The translations under genes were made by a program, and so were the position numbers. Of a stretch of DNA of 64,000 nucleotides, positions 1-12,049 are shown piece by piece. Location of the stretch: positions 26,970,001-27,034,000 of the forward strand of contig NC_135901.1 of the NCBI RefSeq assembly GCF_964194155.1, given 5' to 3'. Position 1 is the stretch's first letter, and every line of letters starts with the position of its first letter. Source of the stretch: Cetorhinus maximus. Lineage: Eukaryota. The notes below the pieces were generated by a model. It was not told the origin of the DNA. It searched no databases and saw only the letters and a list, made by a program, of their open reading frames with translations.

Positions 1-39
1 AATTCTGCCAGCCCACAGAGCCAGCAGTGAGGTCGCACT

Positions 40-275
40 GAGGAGAGGACGTTCACCTGCTCCATGTGTAACAAGAGACTCATTCAGTCATCCCACCTCC
101 TGATACAAAAATCCAATCACACAGGGGAGAGGCCATTCATCTGCAACAAATTTGGGAAGTGATTCAGTTGGCCATCACCCTGCTGAGACTCCAGCAAGGT
201 CAGCAGTGCTTGGATCCTCCTGTTATTGCAGCTGCTAGTTATAGCCAGGACTGAACCATGTTCATTCTGACATTT
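40..275 (+). pseudogene. Decayed 3' remnant of a C2H2 zinc-finger gene plus the family 3' UTR motif
   Basis: Translates [40 protein letters not shown] with lost His/Cys ligands. Followed by ctgttattgcagctgct...aggactgaaccatgttcattctgaca, the motif seen after the other ZNF stops. Confidence 0.75.
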
Positions 276-329
276 GCTATGTCGCTTTATGGCAGTGCAT
301 ATGTTCCACATGAGCTTCCTTCAATCCTA

Positions 330-865
330 CTTCATCACCCTTCCCTATCAGCAGAACCTTCTATTCCTTTCTTTCTCTTATGTTCATCAAGGTTCTCCTC
401 CAATGTACCTGTCACTCACCTGAACTGCTTCATGTGGTAGCGAGGTCCATATTCTCACCTCCCTCTGAACAAAGAAACTTTCCTCCCAAATTCCTATTGA
501 ATTTATCAGCGGTTTTCTTATAATTATAGCCCCATTTCTGGTCTCGCCCACAAGTGGAAACTCTACGTCTCTACCTCAACCCTATCACACCCCTTCTTAA
601 TCTTAAATCCTCTACCAGATCAGCCCTCAGCCGTCCCTTTTCCAGATAAAAAAGCCCCAGTTTGTTCAATCAATCCTGTAACTTAAACACTCTCAGTTCT
701 GGAATCAGCTCTGTGAATCTTTCTTGCATCTTCTCCAGTTCCTCTCTATCCTGTTGGATAATGAGGACACCCAGACTGTTTGCAGTATTCCAACTGTGGT
801 CTAACCAAGGCTCAATATAGGTTTAACGTTTCATCTTTGCCTTTCAGTGCTATTTCTCTAGAAAT
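330..865 (-). mobile_element. CR1-group LINE 3' fragment, degenerate
   Basis: Reverse complement resembles the CR1 ORF2 C-terminus and 3' UTR seen in the better-preserved copies in this window. Confidence 0.65.
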
Positions 866-869
866 GAAT

Positions 870-1385
870 CCCATGTATGGGCCCCACAATTCAGGAAGGA
901 TGTCAAGGCCTTGGAAAAGGTGCAGGGATTTAGTATGGGGACAGGAATGAGGAACTTCAGTGATGTGAACACACTGGAGAGGCCGGGGTTGTTCTCCTTA
1001 GAGCAGTGAAGGCTAAGAGGACATTTGATAGAGGAGTTCAAGATCATTAATGGTTTACTTCAAGTAAATAAAGAGAAACTGTATCCACTGACAAAAAGGT
1101 TGTTAACCAGAGGACACAGGTTGAAGGCAATTGACATAAAAGCCAGAGGGGAAATGAGGAAGATAAATCTTTACACAGTGAGGTATTGTGATCTGGAATG
1201 CATCGCCTGAAAGGCTGATGGAAGCAGATTCAACAAAGGGAATTGGATAAATACTGGAAGGGGACTAGTTTGCAGGGCTGATGGGGAAAGGACAGGACAG
1301 TGGGACTAATTGAGTAGCTCTTTCAAAGAGCCAGCAGAGGCACGATGGGCCGAATGGCCTCCTGTGCTGTGAGATTCTGTGATCA
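870..1385 (+). mobile_element. CR1-group LINE 3' fragment
   Basis: WAPQFRKDVKALEKVQ and LIEEFKII...RGHRLK motifs. Ends in gggccgaatggcctcctgtgctgtgagattctgtgat, a CR1-type 3' end. Confidence 0.75.
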
Positions 1386-1594
1386 CAGATAAATAAATGT
1401 GTCTGTAATATCTACAGTGATGTCAATAATGTCTGGAATTCCCATCATTCCCCTGCCATCTCTTTGAAAGGACTCTCTGATTCATCCAACTGCTCTGCTC
1501 TTTCCCCACAGCCCTGCAAATTCCTTCCTTTCAAGTATTTACCATTTGGAAAGATACCATTGAATCTGCTTTCAGGCAGCTCAGAACAACTTGC

Positions 1595-1910
1595 TGTGTC
1601 AAAAAAATAAAATCTCATCTCCCCCTCTAGCTCCTTCGCCAATTACCTTAGAGGTACCTTTCTGTTGAAGAGCCTGCCAACCCCTCTCACCCACTTTCCC
1701 TGGTGGAAAGTGCAGAAATCTAATCATGAAAAGTCCACAAAAATCAAATATTTTTACTGATAAAACTTTATTAATGAAACAGAACATGGTTAAAAAAACT
1801 CAGAAAATTACTTCAAGATCAAAGACAACCAGAGTAAAAGGATGTGCACAATGTTCTGGACCCAAATGGTTTCTCTTCGGCTCCTCTGTACCCTGTCCCA
1901 GTGACTCCCC
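1595..1910. repeat. Partial copy of the repeated spacer module X
   Basis: Aligns by eye with 30240-30560 and 42840-43150 (aaatctcatctccccctct...aagtgcagaaatctaatcatgaaaagtcca...ggatgtgcacaatgttctggacccaaatgg). Confidence 0.75.
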
Positions 1911-1939
1911 GCTTCCCAGGGCCCCAATGTTGAAGTTCA

Positions 1940-2175
1940 GCAGGGGAGTTATCCCCAGTGTCCTAGTGAAAATTTATCAATTAACATCACTAAAAACAGA
2001 TCATCCGGTCATTAACGCATTGCTGTGATCACATTGCTGGGATCTTGCTGTGTGCAAATTGGCTGCTGCATTTCCTACATTTCCACAGTGACTGCACTTC
2101 AAAAGTACTTCTTTGGCTGTAAAGCACTTTGGGATGTCCTGTGGTCGTGATAGCTGCTATAGAAAAGCAAGTTTT
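1940..2175 (+). mobile_element. tRNA-derived DeuSINE/SacSINE1-like SINE, 3' half
   Basis: gggagttatccccagtgtcct...cacttcaaaagtacttctttggctgtaaagcactttgggatgtcctgtggtcgtga matches the 3' half of the full copies at 11508, 30982 and 58374. Confidence 0.75.
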
Positions 2176-2279
2176 TAAATTTAAAATTTATGTCACCTGA
2201 TCTTGTTATCTGTAACTTAACTGATTTCCGCCATCCCCAACTTGCCATTTAATAAATTCACTTATGGTTCGGATAAGAC

Positions 2280-2480
2280 ATTGACTTATACAACTTTATG
2301 CGGGTGATCAGTCTGTCAAAGCGTAACCCTCTCTGGCTCCTTCTTTGACAGTAATTCTTGAGGAATTCGGCCTCAGGAGTCTGGCTCCTTCTTTGACAGT
2401 AATTTCCTTGGAACTAGGCCTCGGGAGTCTTCAGTACTTGGCTAGCAAGGAACACCTTCAGAACTTCTACTTTTATCCCC
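2280..2480. repeat. LTR-like repeat with an internal ~48-nt tandem duplication
   Basis: tctggctccttctttgacagtaatt...ggcctc(a/g)ggagtct occurs twice. A homologous copy lies at 31675-31850. Family not identified. Confidence 0.5.
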
Positions 2481-4671
2481 AAAGTGACCATTTCCTTACG
2501 TCAGAGTTGGGCCTGTTGTAACATGACAATTGGTCAATTTGGTTACGAGTTAAATTAATTGGATCCTCAATTACTTACGCCACCATCTCTCATTATCTTA
2601 GACAGGAAGACAATAGAACTGTTTCACACTATCCCTTTATCTGATTCTATACCATCACTTATTCATACAGATTCAAATTTTAAGGCTAATCAGAGCTTGA
2701 AGGTCTCTCTTGCCAGTACATTTCTCTTCATTGCACATTCTTTACATACACAGCAATGAACATTTTACATTTTTACAGAAAATAAAACTCCACGTTTTAC
2801 TATAATTACTGATTCATTATTGATTCATTAATTGTAACTCAATTAAGGCTCACTACTTATTCAATCAACTATTACTGACTGGTCGCTAATTAATACAGCA
2901 ATCCTTAATAAATACATTTGGTTAATACAAGATACACTGGTTCAAAAGGACAGTTTGTGGAAGACAATAGCATTTTTTCTTACTAATCCTGACTAGATTA
3001 AACAATGAGCTGGACTTTGGCAGAATATGATGTCCTGTAGCTAATGAAAGTTAGAAAATAATTTATTTGTTTAAACAATTTCTGCTAGTTTTGCAGTTTC
3101 TTGAAACATTTAGGTTCATATAGTGTTATTTTAAAAATAAAGATCCAGCCTTTACAATATGATTATCTATTACATTGATTCACTAATGAGAACTTAATCA
3201 AGGTTCATTACTGAATAATCGTTTGTATCATGACTGGCTTTTAATATGAAATCAATACATAGTTAATAAAGAAAAGTTACAGAGTGTGAAATGGCTGCAG
3301 GAAGCCACATGTTAGTTTAAAATGGCTTCCTTGACCTTGTTACTTATGACAGTGAATACAGTGTGAAAGTGATTGAATTCTACAACTAAACTTGATTACC
3401 CAGGGGTTCCTATACAGTTTTCTATGTTAAACAGTGACGACACTTCATTGGCTGTAAAATGGTTTAGGAGGTCCTGTGGTCGTGAGAGGTGCCATAGAAA
3501 TGCAATTTATTTCTAATTGTTCGCAAACTTGGATATTTAAAATCAGGCCCCTCACCAAAATCATTGATAAAGATTGAGCTTTAATTTTGTGTAATAACCA
3601 TGTCTTTGACACCATTTTGAATGCTCTGTGAAAATCCAAACACACTATATCCTGAATGATTTGTTTGAAAACACAGCGAGCCGTTGTGATTTGGAATTCG
3701 CTGCCTGAAAACAGTGCGAGCAGGAGGTTCAATTATATCTTTCAAAGGATATGGGACAGATTCTTGAAAGGAAAAGGAAACTGCAGGATAATGGGATTAA
3801 TTGGAGAGCTCTTTCAAAGAGCTAGCATAAGCACAAAGGGCCAATTGGCCTCCTGTGCTCTATGAGTCTCGTGTGCATTTAAAGCAATTGGAACGGGCCT
3901 GGAACCCATTCCCTATGAGGGGGGTAGAAGCAGAGGTGAGGCAGTGACTTCAAAAGGAAACTGCATGGGCACTTGATCAAAATGAACCTACAGGGATAAG
4001 GGGTTGGGATGGGGCAATGGAACTGCTCGACAGAGAGCCAGCATTAACTCAAAGAGCTGAATGGCCCCATTCTCTGCCCTAATGAACACATGGGAGAAGA
4101 GCTTCAGCTGCCCCAGTCTCTCCAACTAAGTGAAGTCCCTCATCCCTGGTGCCATTCTCCTCAATCTCCTCTGCAACCTTTCGAAGGACTTCACATCTTT
4201 CCTAAAGTGTGGGGCCCAGATATAGGGTTTCATTCCAGAGGGATGGAATTGAAAAGCAGAGAGGTTATGTTCAACTTGTTTCGAACCATGGTTAGACTAC
4301 ACTGGGAGTACTGTCAACATTTGTGATCTCCATTTAGAAAAAAAGAAATAGAGGCACTGGAGAAGGGGCAACAAAGATTCACAAGAATAATATCAAAACT
4401 GAGAGGACTTAATGTGGAACTATCTACCACAGCGAGTGGTTGAGGTGGATAGCTTGAATACAATTAAGCGGAAGCCAGGTACATAGGCGAGGTAGAAATA
4501 TGCACTCCCAGGCTCAAGGTGCATCAGCCCACTGGAAGCAAAGTCCTGAGACCGACCAGTCCAGCAGAAAGAAACCCTCCGACCCTCCCACTTCACCAAT
4601 GTCAGAATGAACATGGTTCAGTCCTGGATGTGATGAACAGCAGCAACAACAGCAAAATCCAACCCCTGTAA

Positions 4672-5430
4672 TCACTTGTGAACTCGCTGATGTCTCTGCA
4701 TGTGGGATAATTGAGTGAATCCCTTCCCACACACTGAGCAGCTGAACGGCCTCTCACCAGAGTGAACTCGCTGGTGGATCTGCAGGTTGGCTGACTGAGT
4801 GAATCCCCTCCCACACACAGAGCAGGTGAAGGGCTTCTCTCCATTGTGAATTCGCTGGTGTGTCAGCAGGGTGGATGAATGACTGAAACCCTTCCCACAC
4901 ACAGTACAGGTGAACGGCCTCTCCCTGGTGTGAACTCGCTGGTGTATCAGCAGGGCGGATGACCTTCTAAACCTCTCCGCACAGTGAGAACAGCTGAATG
5001 GTCTGTCCTCAGTGTGAATGCGCTGGTGGATCATCAGGTCCTGAGAGCTTTTGAAGCCGCTCCCACAGTCAGAGCATTTAAAAGGTCTCTCACTCGTGTG
5101 GGTGACATGGTGCTGCAGCAGGTTGGATAACTGAGTGAATCCCTTCCCACACTCAGGGCAGGTGAATGGCCTCTCACCAGAGTGAACTCGCTGGTGGATC
5201 TGCAGGTTGGATGACTGAGTGAATCCCTTCCCACACACAGAGCAGGTGAACGGCCTCTCCCCGGTGTGAACTCGCTGGTGTCTCAACAGGGAGGATGACC
5301 TTCTAAACCACTTTGCACAGCGAGAGCAGTTGAATGGCCTCTCCCCGGTGTGAATGCGTTGATGAGCTTCCAGCTCAGATGGGAATTTGAATCCTTTCCC
5401 ACAGTCCCCACATCTCCATGGTTTCTCCAT
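4672..5430 (-). CDS. C2H2 zinc-finger protein, 9 fingers, no effector domain (G1)
   Basis: 252-aa ORF of tandem CX2CX12HX3H repeats with HTGERPF-type linkers. The family 3' UTR follows at ~4520-4671. Confidence 0.9.
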   Translation of the reverse strand: MEKPWRCGDCGKGFKFPSELEAHQRIHTGERPFNCSRCAKWFRRSSSLLRHQRVHTGERPFTCSVCGKGFTQSSNLQIHQRVHSGERPFTCPECGKGFTQLSNLLQHHVTHTSERPFKCSDCGSGFKSSQDLMIHQRIHTEDRPFSCSHCAERFRRSSALLIHQRVHTRERPFTCTVCGKGFSHSSTLLTHQRIHNGEKPFTCSVCGRGFTQSANLQIHQRVHSGERPFSCSVCGKGFTQLSHMQRHQRVHK

Positions 5431-5722
5431 TTGCTGGTATCTCTCCAGGTTCTACAAACAGATGAAGAATCGTTTGCACAGAACACGTGTACGGTCTCTG
5501 TCCTCGCTGTGAATGGTGCAATGTTTTTTCAGGTTTAAGCTCTTTCCACAGTCAGTGCATTGGAAGCCTCTCATTCGGGTGTGTGGGTCTCGGGCCTTTT
5601 TCAGTCCCCCTGATGTTTAGAACCTTTTGAAGCCGACAGAACACAGAAACATTTCCCCTTCTAGGTTCAAAGGATGTCAGACAGTTTCCTTCTAGATTCA
5701 AAGGCTAATGATATTCAGTTCC

Positions 5723-6570
5723 AAGGATGTCAAATCTCTTTAAGAGAGAGAGACCTGGGCCAACCTTTCCAGAGTCTGCACCCTCCCTGGATTCACTTCC
5801 TTTCCCTTCAGTTCCTGCAAGTCAACAATTTGCCCCCAGAATGAGAAAAGAAACGGAAAGGGGGAAACATTGATTTCCTCACAGATGTTGCCCAGAGGAG
5901 GAAGTTTCAGTCTGAAGCTCATTGTCCAACTTCCGCATTGTGACGTCCACAATGGAACCCTGCCTGAATCAGCCAATAGGAATCATTCTGCTCCGCGGTG
6001 ACGTCCTCGGGTTCCAGTCTGCAGGCCAGGCGCGCGGACACGGGAGCCCCGCCCCTACCCATTGATACCCCTCCCCTTACCCCTCCCCTTCCCCCTCCTC
6101 GAGCCAAGGTTTCCAGGCAACCGGTTGACGGCTCCGGCCAGAGCGAGAAGCTGCTCGGAGAACTCCGGAGAGGGGAAGCTGCGCATGTGCGGGGGAGAGC
6201 CCGCTCCTTCCCTTCATGCTGAGGGAGTGACCAATGGGAAGAGTTGGAGGACCGGAAGGACTCTGGTCCTCCAGCCAATCAGAGCGCGGACTTTGTGCGA
6301 ATGAAGCTTGAGCTTCACACAGACAAAAACTTCCTCCTGTGTCCAACATCTGTGAGTAAAACACTTTCTTTTCTCCCCCTTTCCATTTCTTTTCTCATTC
6401 TGGGGGGAAATTGTTGACTTGCAGGAACTGAAGGGAAAGGAAGTGAATCCAGGGAGGGTGCAGACTCTGGAAAGGTTGGCCCAGGTCTCCCTCTCTCTCT
6501 CTCTCTCTTAAAGACATTGACATCCTTTGCTCCCTCAGCTTGACACATTTATTTGTCTGGCTAAAAGGAT
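5723..6570. promoter_or_regulatory. Bidirectional promoter cassette 1 with inverted arms; core orientation opposite to cassettes 2-4
   Basis: CpG-rich core with CCAAT x3, tgacgtc x2, gcgcatgtgcg, ccggaag/cttccg and a GC box. Flanked by inverted copies of the agagagacctgggccaacctttccagagtctgcacc... arm. Lies between divergent G1 and G2. Confidence 0.85.
6425..6474 (+). other. Predicted 50-nt leader exon inside the promoter arm, present in every arm
   Basis: Upstream donor catct|GTGAGT (6352), pyrimidine tract and ttgcAG acceptor, purine-rich exon, then donor aag|GTTGGC. Its phase matches the downstream acceptor ttcacAG|GATATT at 7624. Splicing is inferred. Confidence 0.6.
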
Positions 6571-7154
6571 CTGTAATAAAGTACATTTATTATTAATTCT
6601 AGTCCTGTAATATTGTACTGTAGCCATATATATTTCCAGTCATAGAGTCAAACGGCACAGAAAGAGTCCATTCGACAAGTTGAGTCCATGCCAACTCTCT
6701 GTAGACTAATCAAGTCTGTCCCATTCCCCCTCTATATCCCCCTTCCCCTGCAAATTTATTTCTTTCCAAGTCCCATCCAATTTCATTTTGAAATCATGAA
6801 TTATCTCCACTTCCATTACCCTCGTAAGCAGCGAGTTCCAGATCATGACCACTTGCTGCCTAATTAAAGTTCTTCCTCAGATTCTCCCTGTCTCTAATCA
6901 GTAAATTTATGAAGACCCTCAACTCTTGGGCAAGAAGCAGTATGCATGGCCTGTTGATCAGCATGCAAGCAAGGGGGTGAAAGGTTATCAGGGGTAGGCG
7001 GGAATGTGGATCTTATTGAATGGCAGTGGAGGCTCGAGTGGCCTTCTCCTCATTCTAATTCGTATGTTTGTCTGATCACGAGAACAGGGAGGTTGTATAT
7101 TAGGTACAGCAGAGTGAGAATGGAGGGACAGTGTGTGGGGTGAGATTTACACCT

Positions 7155-7525
7155 TTTTAAAAAATATTTGTTCATGGGATGTGGGCATCGTTGGCTAGAC
7201 CAGCATTTATTGCCCATCCCTAATTGCCCTTTTTCAGACAACATTTAAGAGTCAACCACATTGCTGTGGGTCTGCAGTCACATGTAGGCCAGACCAGGTA
7301 AGGACAGCATATTTTTTTCAGTAAGGACATCAGTGAACCAGATGGGTTTTTATGACAATCGGCAATGATTTTGTGGTCATCATCAGACTTTTAATTTCAG
7401 ATTTTTATTGGATTCACATTTCACCATCTGCCATGGTGGGATTCGAACCCAGGTCCCGAGAGCATTTCTCTGGGTCGCTGACAGACTAGTCCAGTGACAA
7501 TAATGCTATGCCACTGCCTCCCCAA
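7155..7525 (-). mobile_element. tRNA-headed SINE sharing its 3' end with the LINE at 60735
   Basis: Minus-strand head ggcagtggcatagc...gggttcgaatcccacc carries a B box. The tail atttattgcccatccctaattgc also occurs at the LINE end at 60740. Confidence 0.7.
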
Positions 7526-7969
7526 AATGAGAGAAGAAAGAATCTTCCATAGAAACTACAATTCTCTTTTCTGAATTTCTATCCTGCACTGACAGCGATG
7601 ACTTCTGTAAACATCTTTCACAGGATATTAGAAGGGGAGGATTTATGGACAGAAATCTCACATCAAATGTCACATCAAGATCTGAGAGAGTCATTCCATT
7701 CATGGGAACCGAATGTCATCGGGAGAAATCTTTGTTTGCTCTGTCTGCTTCAGAAGATTTTAAACATCAGTGTGACTGGAAAAGCACCGAGACACACACA
7801 CCCGAGTGAGAGTGTTCCAATGCACTGACTGTGGAAAGAGTTTGCACCAGTTACACAGCCTGAAAACAACATCACCATTCACAGTGGGGAGAGACCATAC
7901 AGGTGTTCTGTGTGTACACGAGGCTTCAACTGACCATTAAAGCTGGAGAGACACAAGGATACGCGCACC

Positions 7970-8812
7970 ATGGAGAAACCGTGGAAATGTGGGGACTGTA
8001 GGAAGGGATTCCCTTCCCCGTCTGCGCTGGAAACTCATCGACGCATTCACACCGGGGAGAGGCCATTCACCTGCTCCATGTGTGGGAAGGGATTCAATGA
8101 TTCATCCCACCTGCAGACACACCTGCGAGTTCACACCAAGGAGAGGCCATTCACCTGCTCTGAGTGTGCGAATGCATTCAGTGATTCATCCGCCCTGCGG
8201 AGGCACCGGAGAGTTCACTCTGGGGAGAGGCCATTTATCTGTTCTGAGTGTGGGAAGGGATTCACTCAGTTATCCAACCTGCAGAAGCACCAGCGAGTTC
8301 ACACCGGGGAGAGGCTGTTCACCTGCTCTGAGTGTGGGAAGGGATTCACTCAGTTATCCCACCTGCTGCGACACCATGTCACTCACACGAATGAGAGACC
8401 GTTTAAATGCTCTGACTGTGGAAGTGGCTTCAAAAGCTCTCCGGAACTGATGGGCCACCAGCGCATTCACACTGAGGAGAGACCTTTCCGCTGCTCTGAG
8501 TGTGGGAAGGGTTTTAGATGGTCAACAACCCTGCTGATACACCAGCGAGTTCACACCGGGGAGAGGCCGTTCACCTGCTCTGTGTGTGGGAAGGGATTCA
8601 GGCATTCATCCACCCTGCTGATACACCAGCGAGTCCACACCGGGGAGCGGCTGTTCACCTGTACCGTGTGTGGGAAGGGATTCAGCCATTCGTCCACCCT
8701 GAGAAAGCACTGGCATGTTCACACCAGGGAGAGGCCATTCACCTGTTCCGTGTGTGGGAAGGGATTCACTCAGTTATCCAGCCTGCGGAGACACCAGCGA
8801 GTTCACAAGTGA
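7970..8812 (+). CDS. C2H2 zinc-finger protein, 10 fingers (G2)
   Basis: 280-aa tandem finger ORF with accATGg Kozak context. The family 3' UTR follows at 8813-8980. Confidence 0.9.
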   Translation: MEKPWKCGDCRKGFPSPSALETHRRIHTGERPFTCSMCGKGFNDSSHLQTHLRVHTKERPFTCSECANAFSDSSALRRHRRVHSGERPFICSECGKGFTQLSNLQKHQRVHTGERLFTCSECGKGFTQLSHLLRHHVTHTNERPFKCSDCGSGFKSSPELMGHQRIHTEERPFRCSECGKGFRWSTTLLIHQRVHTGERPFTCSVCGKGFRHSSTLLIHQRVHTGERLFTCTVCGKGFSHSSTLRKHWHVHTRERPFTCSVCGKGFTQLSSLRRHQRVHK

Positions 8813-9099
8813 TTCCAGGGGTTGGATTCTGCTGTTATTGCTGCTGTTAATCACATCCAGAACTGAACCATGTTCATTCTGACACTTGGTGAAGTGGGAG
8901 GGTCAGAGGGTTTCTTTCTGCTGGGCTGGCCGGTCTCAAGACTTTGCTTCCAGTGGCTGATGCTCTTTGATCCTGGGAGTGCACATTTCCACTGAAATGA
9001 CCCACAAAAGCTGATGAAGGACATTTATTTTATCCTGAATAGTAAATAGTGTTTTTCCTACCACTACAGGTAGATCCAAAATAAATACATTTGTCTCTA

Positions 9100-9700
9100 T
9101 TCCTTTGAGTCTACAGCACAGGGCCAGGCCAGTCGGCTCAATTGGTCTCTGTCAGTATTTATGCTCCACATGAGCCTCCACCCACCCCTCTTCATCTCCC
9201 CCCATCAGAATATCCTTCTATTCCTTTCTCCCTCATGTATGTATCTAGCTTCCCCTTAAATGTATTCATGCTATTCACCTCAACCACTCGCTATGGTAGC
9301 GAGTTCCACGTTCTCACCACTCACTGGGTAAAGAGGTTTCTCATCAAATCCCTATTGGATTATTGAACCCCTTCATCATCTTAAAGACTCCATCAGGTCA
9401 CCCTTCAGTCTTCTCTTTTCTAGAGAAAAGCAGCCCCAGCCTTTCCTGAGGGTTAAATGCTCTCAGTTCTGGTATTATTCTTGTGAATCTTTGTTGCCCC
9501 ATCTCCAGTGCCTCTATTTCCCTTTTCTAAATGGAGATGACAAATGTTGACAGTGCTCCCAGTGTAGTCTAACCATGGTTCGAAACAAGTTGAACATAAC
9601 CTCCCTGCTTTTCAATTCTATCCCTCTAGAATGGAACCCTATATCTGGGCCCCACATTTTAGGAAAGATGTGAAATTCTTAGAGAGGGTGCAGAGGAGAT
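9100..9700. repeat. CR1 3' fragments forming a duplicated ZNF 3' flank
   Basis: Near-identical blocks at 38450-39100 and 56230-56880, and an inverted partial copy at ~4100-4480. Confidence 0.7.
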
Positions 9701-11507
9701 TTTTTTTGGGTGGGGGGGGTCACCCGATGTTGAAAAAAGGCTGTTGATAGAGGTGCCACCCTCTTCTCGTCTGAGGTCTGAGTAGGTTCACTTTCCAGGA
9801 ATCCCCTCTGCCCGTGAACTCCTCCCACCTGCCTCAGAATTGATGCCGGGTGGGAAACCGTCCTTAAGTGGTCATTAATTGCCTACTTAAGGACTTCAAT
9901 TGGGGCAAGGGTGGGTGGGCCAGCCTCGGTCTTGCCCATCCCACCGTAAAATTGCGGAGCGGTCAGGATAGGTGGGAGGGCATTAGGAAGAGGAATTTTA
10001 TGGGCCTCCCTGCCTACAAACCCGCTGGTGGTGGACTGCAAAATTCTGCACAATGACAGCTTCCAGATAGTTATAAAAACTCAATTGATTCACTCATAAC
10101 CTTCAGGGAAAGGACTTTATCATCCCCTCCCAAACTGCCTACACGTGACCCTTGATCTACCCGTGCTTACCTTTTAATGTTCTCAGGGGAACTAGGAATG
10201 ACATTCTCCAGGGAGCCCCCATTGATATCTCCCTCTGAGCAGCAACCCCAGTTTTTCCATCCTTCCCCTTCACCTAACTTCATACACAATGCACCTGTAG
10301 GGGGCTAATCAAACCATCCTAATTATTCCACGTACCAATACCCCTTGGGCTCAGCATGATCAACAATCATCTCACCTCTCTTCATTTTCCTCCAGAGTGC
10401 CAATTGGTTCACAAACAAAGTGTTACAAATTCAAAGACTACAGCCTCTCTCGTGTAATGAACTGCATGTAAGATGACTGCCTGCAGGGACTCCATCGTGG
10501 CAGAGGTCACATGACTACAGCAAGCCAGATAGGAGATTGACGAGAGTGGGATCGGGGATGAGGCACGTCAGTTAGTTGGAGAGACTGGAGCAGTTGTAGC
10601 TCTTCTCTTTAATTCAAATGTGCATTGGGGCAGATTTGGCCCATTGAGTTCATATTAGCTCTCTGAAGAGCAAACTATTCTGTCCTATTTTCCTGTTCTA
10701 CCCCCATATCCCTGTAGGTTTATTTCCCTCAGGTGCCTCTTCAATTTACTTTTGAAATCATTCCATCATCTCAGCTTCCACCCCCCTCTTAGGAAGTGGG
10801 TTCCAGGTCATTACCACTCACTTGAAATGCTTACGAGGCTCGTAGAGCACAGAATGAGGCCATTCGGCCCATTGTGTACATGCCGGCACTTTGAAAGAGT
10901 TATCCATTTCATCGCATCGCCCTGCAATTTCTTTTTCAGGCAGCGCTTTCCACATCACAAAACTCGCTGTGTTTTTAAACAAATAATTCAGGATATAGTG
11001 TGTTTGAATTTTCACAGAGTATTCGGAATGCTGTCTAAGACAAGGTTATTACACAAAAATAAGACTTAATCTTTATTCATGGTTTTGATGAGTTAAACTG
11101 AGTGTAATATATCCAAGTTTGTGAACAATTAGAAATTAAATGGCATCTCTCATGACCACAGAACCTCCTAAAGCATTTTACAGCCAGTGAAGTACTTTTG
11201 AAGTGTAGTCACTGTTGTAATGTAAGAATCTGTAGATAGGCCTGGGTAGTCAAATTTAGTTTTAAAATTCAATCACCTTCATACCGTATTCACTGTTATA
11301 AGTAACAAGGTCAAGGAAGCCTTTTAAACCTCTAACATGTGGCTACTTTCAGCTTTTTCATCTTCTGCAACTTTTCTGTGTTGACTATATATTGATTTCA
11401 TATTAAAAGCCAATCATGAAACAGATGAATATTCAGTAATGAACCTTGATTCACTTCTCATTAGTTACAGATAACAAGATCAGATGACATAAATCCTAAA
11501 TTTAAAA

Positions 11508-11950
11508 ACCTGCATTTACATAGCGTCTTTCACAACCACAATGCATCCCAAAGTGCTTTGCAGGCAATGAAGTACTTTTGAAGTGCAGTCACTGTTGAAA
11601 TGTTGGAAACGTGACAGCCAATTTATACACAGCAAGATCCCACAAACAGCAACATGATACTGAGCAGATGATCTGTTTTGAGTGATGTTGATTGAGGGAT
11701 AAATATTGGCAGGGCACTGGGGATAACTCCCCTGCAAAATAGGGAACTTCTATGTCCATCTGAAGCAGCAGGCAGGGCCCTTGGGTTCGTATCTCAACCA
11801 GGAGACAACAGCTCCAACAATGCAGCACTCCCTCAGCGCTGGCACGAGGAATGTTGGATGTGATTTCTGTCTTTAGGTCCCAGGACTGGGACTTGAACCC
11901 ACAACCTTCTGACTCAGAGGCGCGAGTGCAATCTGCTGAGTCACGGCTGA
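11508..11950 (-). mobile_element. Full-length DeuSINE/SacSINE1-like tRNA SINE
   Basis: Minus-strand head gccgtgactcagc...ctctgagtcagaaggttgtgggttcaagtcc (A/B boxes), central gagggagtgctgcattgt, and tail aaagacgctatgtaaatgcagg. Confidence 0.85.
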
Positions 11951-12049
11951 CACTGTGGACAATTGTCATGACCACAGCCAGTGTTAATTGCTGCACAAAC
12001 CAAATCCCAGAGGGAAACTTGGCATTGGACTTTTCTGTTCTTTTTTTAA

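Noticed and set aside
4602-4700. Hydrophobic WILLLLLL.ITSRTEPCSF peptide after ZNF stops as a frameshifted membrane anchor
   Set aside because: It arises from a ctg/ttg-rich 3' UTR tract in another frame, is too short for a transmembrane helix, and has no slippery site.
7989-8850. Alternative-frame ORFs over ZNF genes (MGRDSL..., MWEGIH...)
   Set aside because: Shadow frames of the 84-nt finger repeat.
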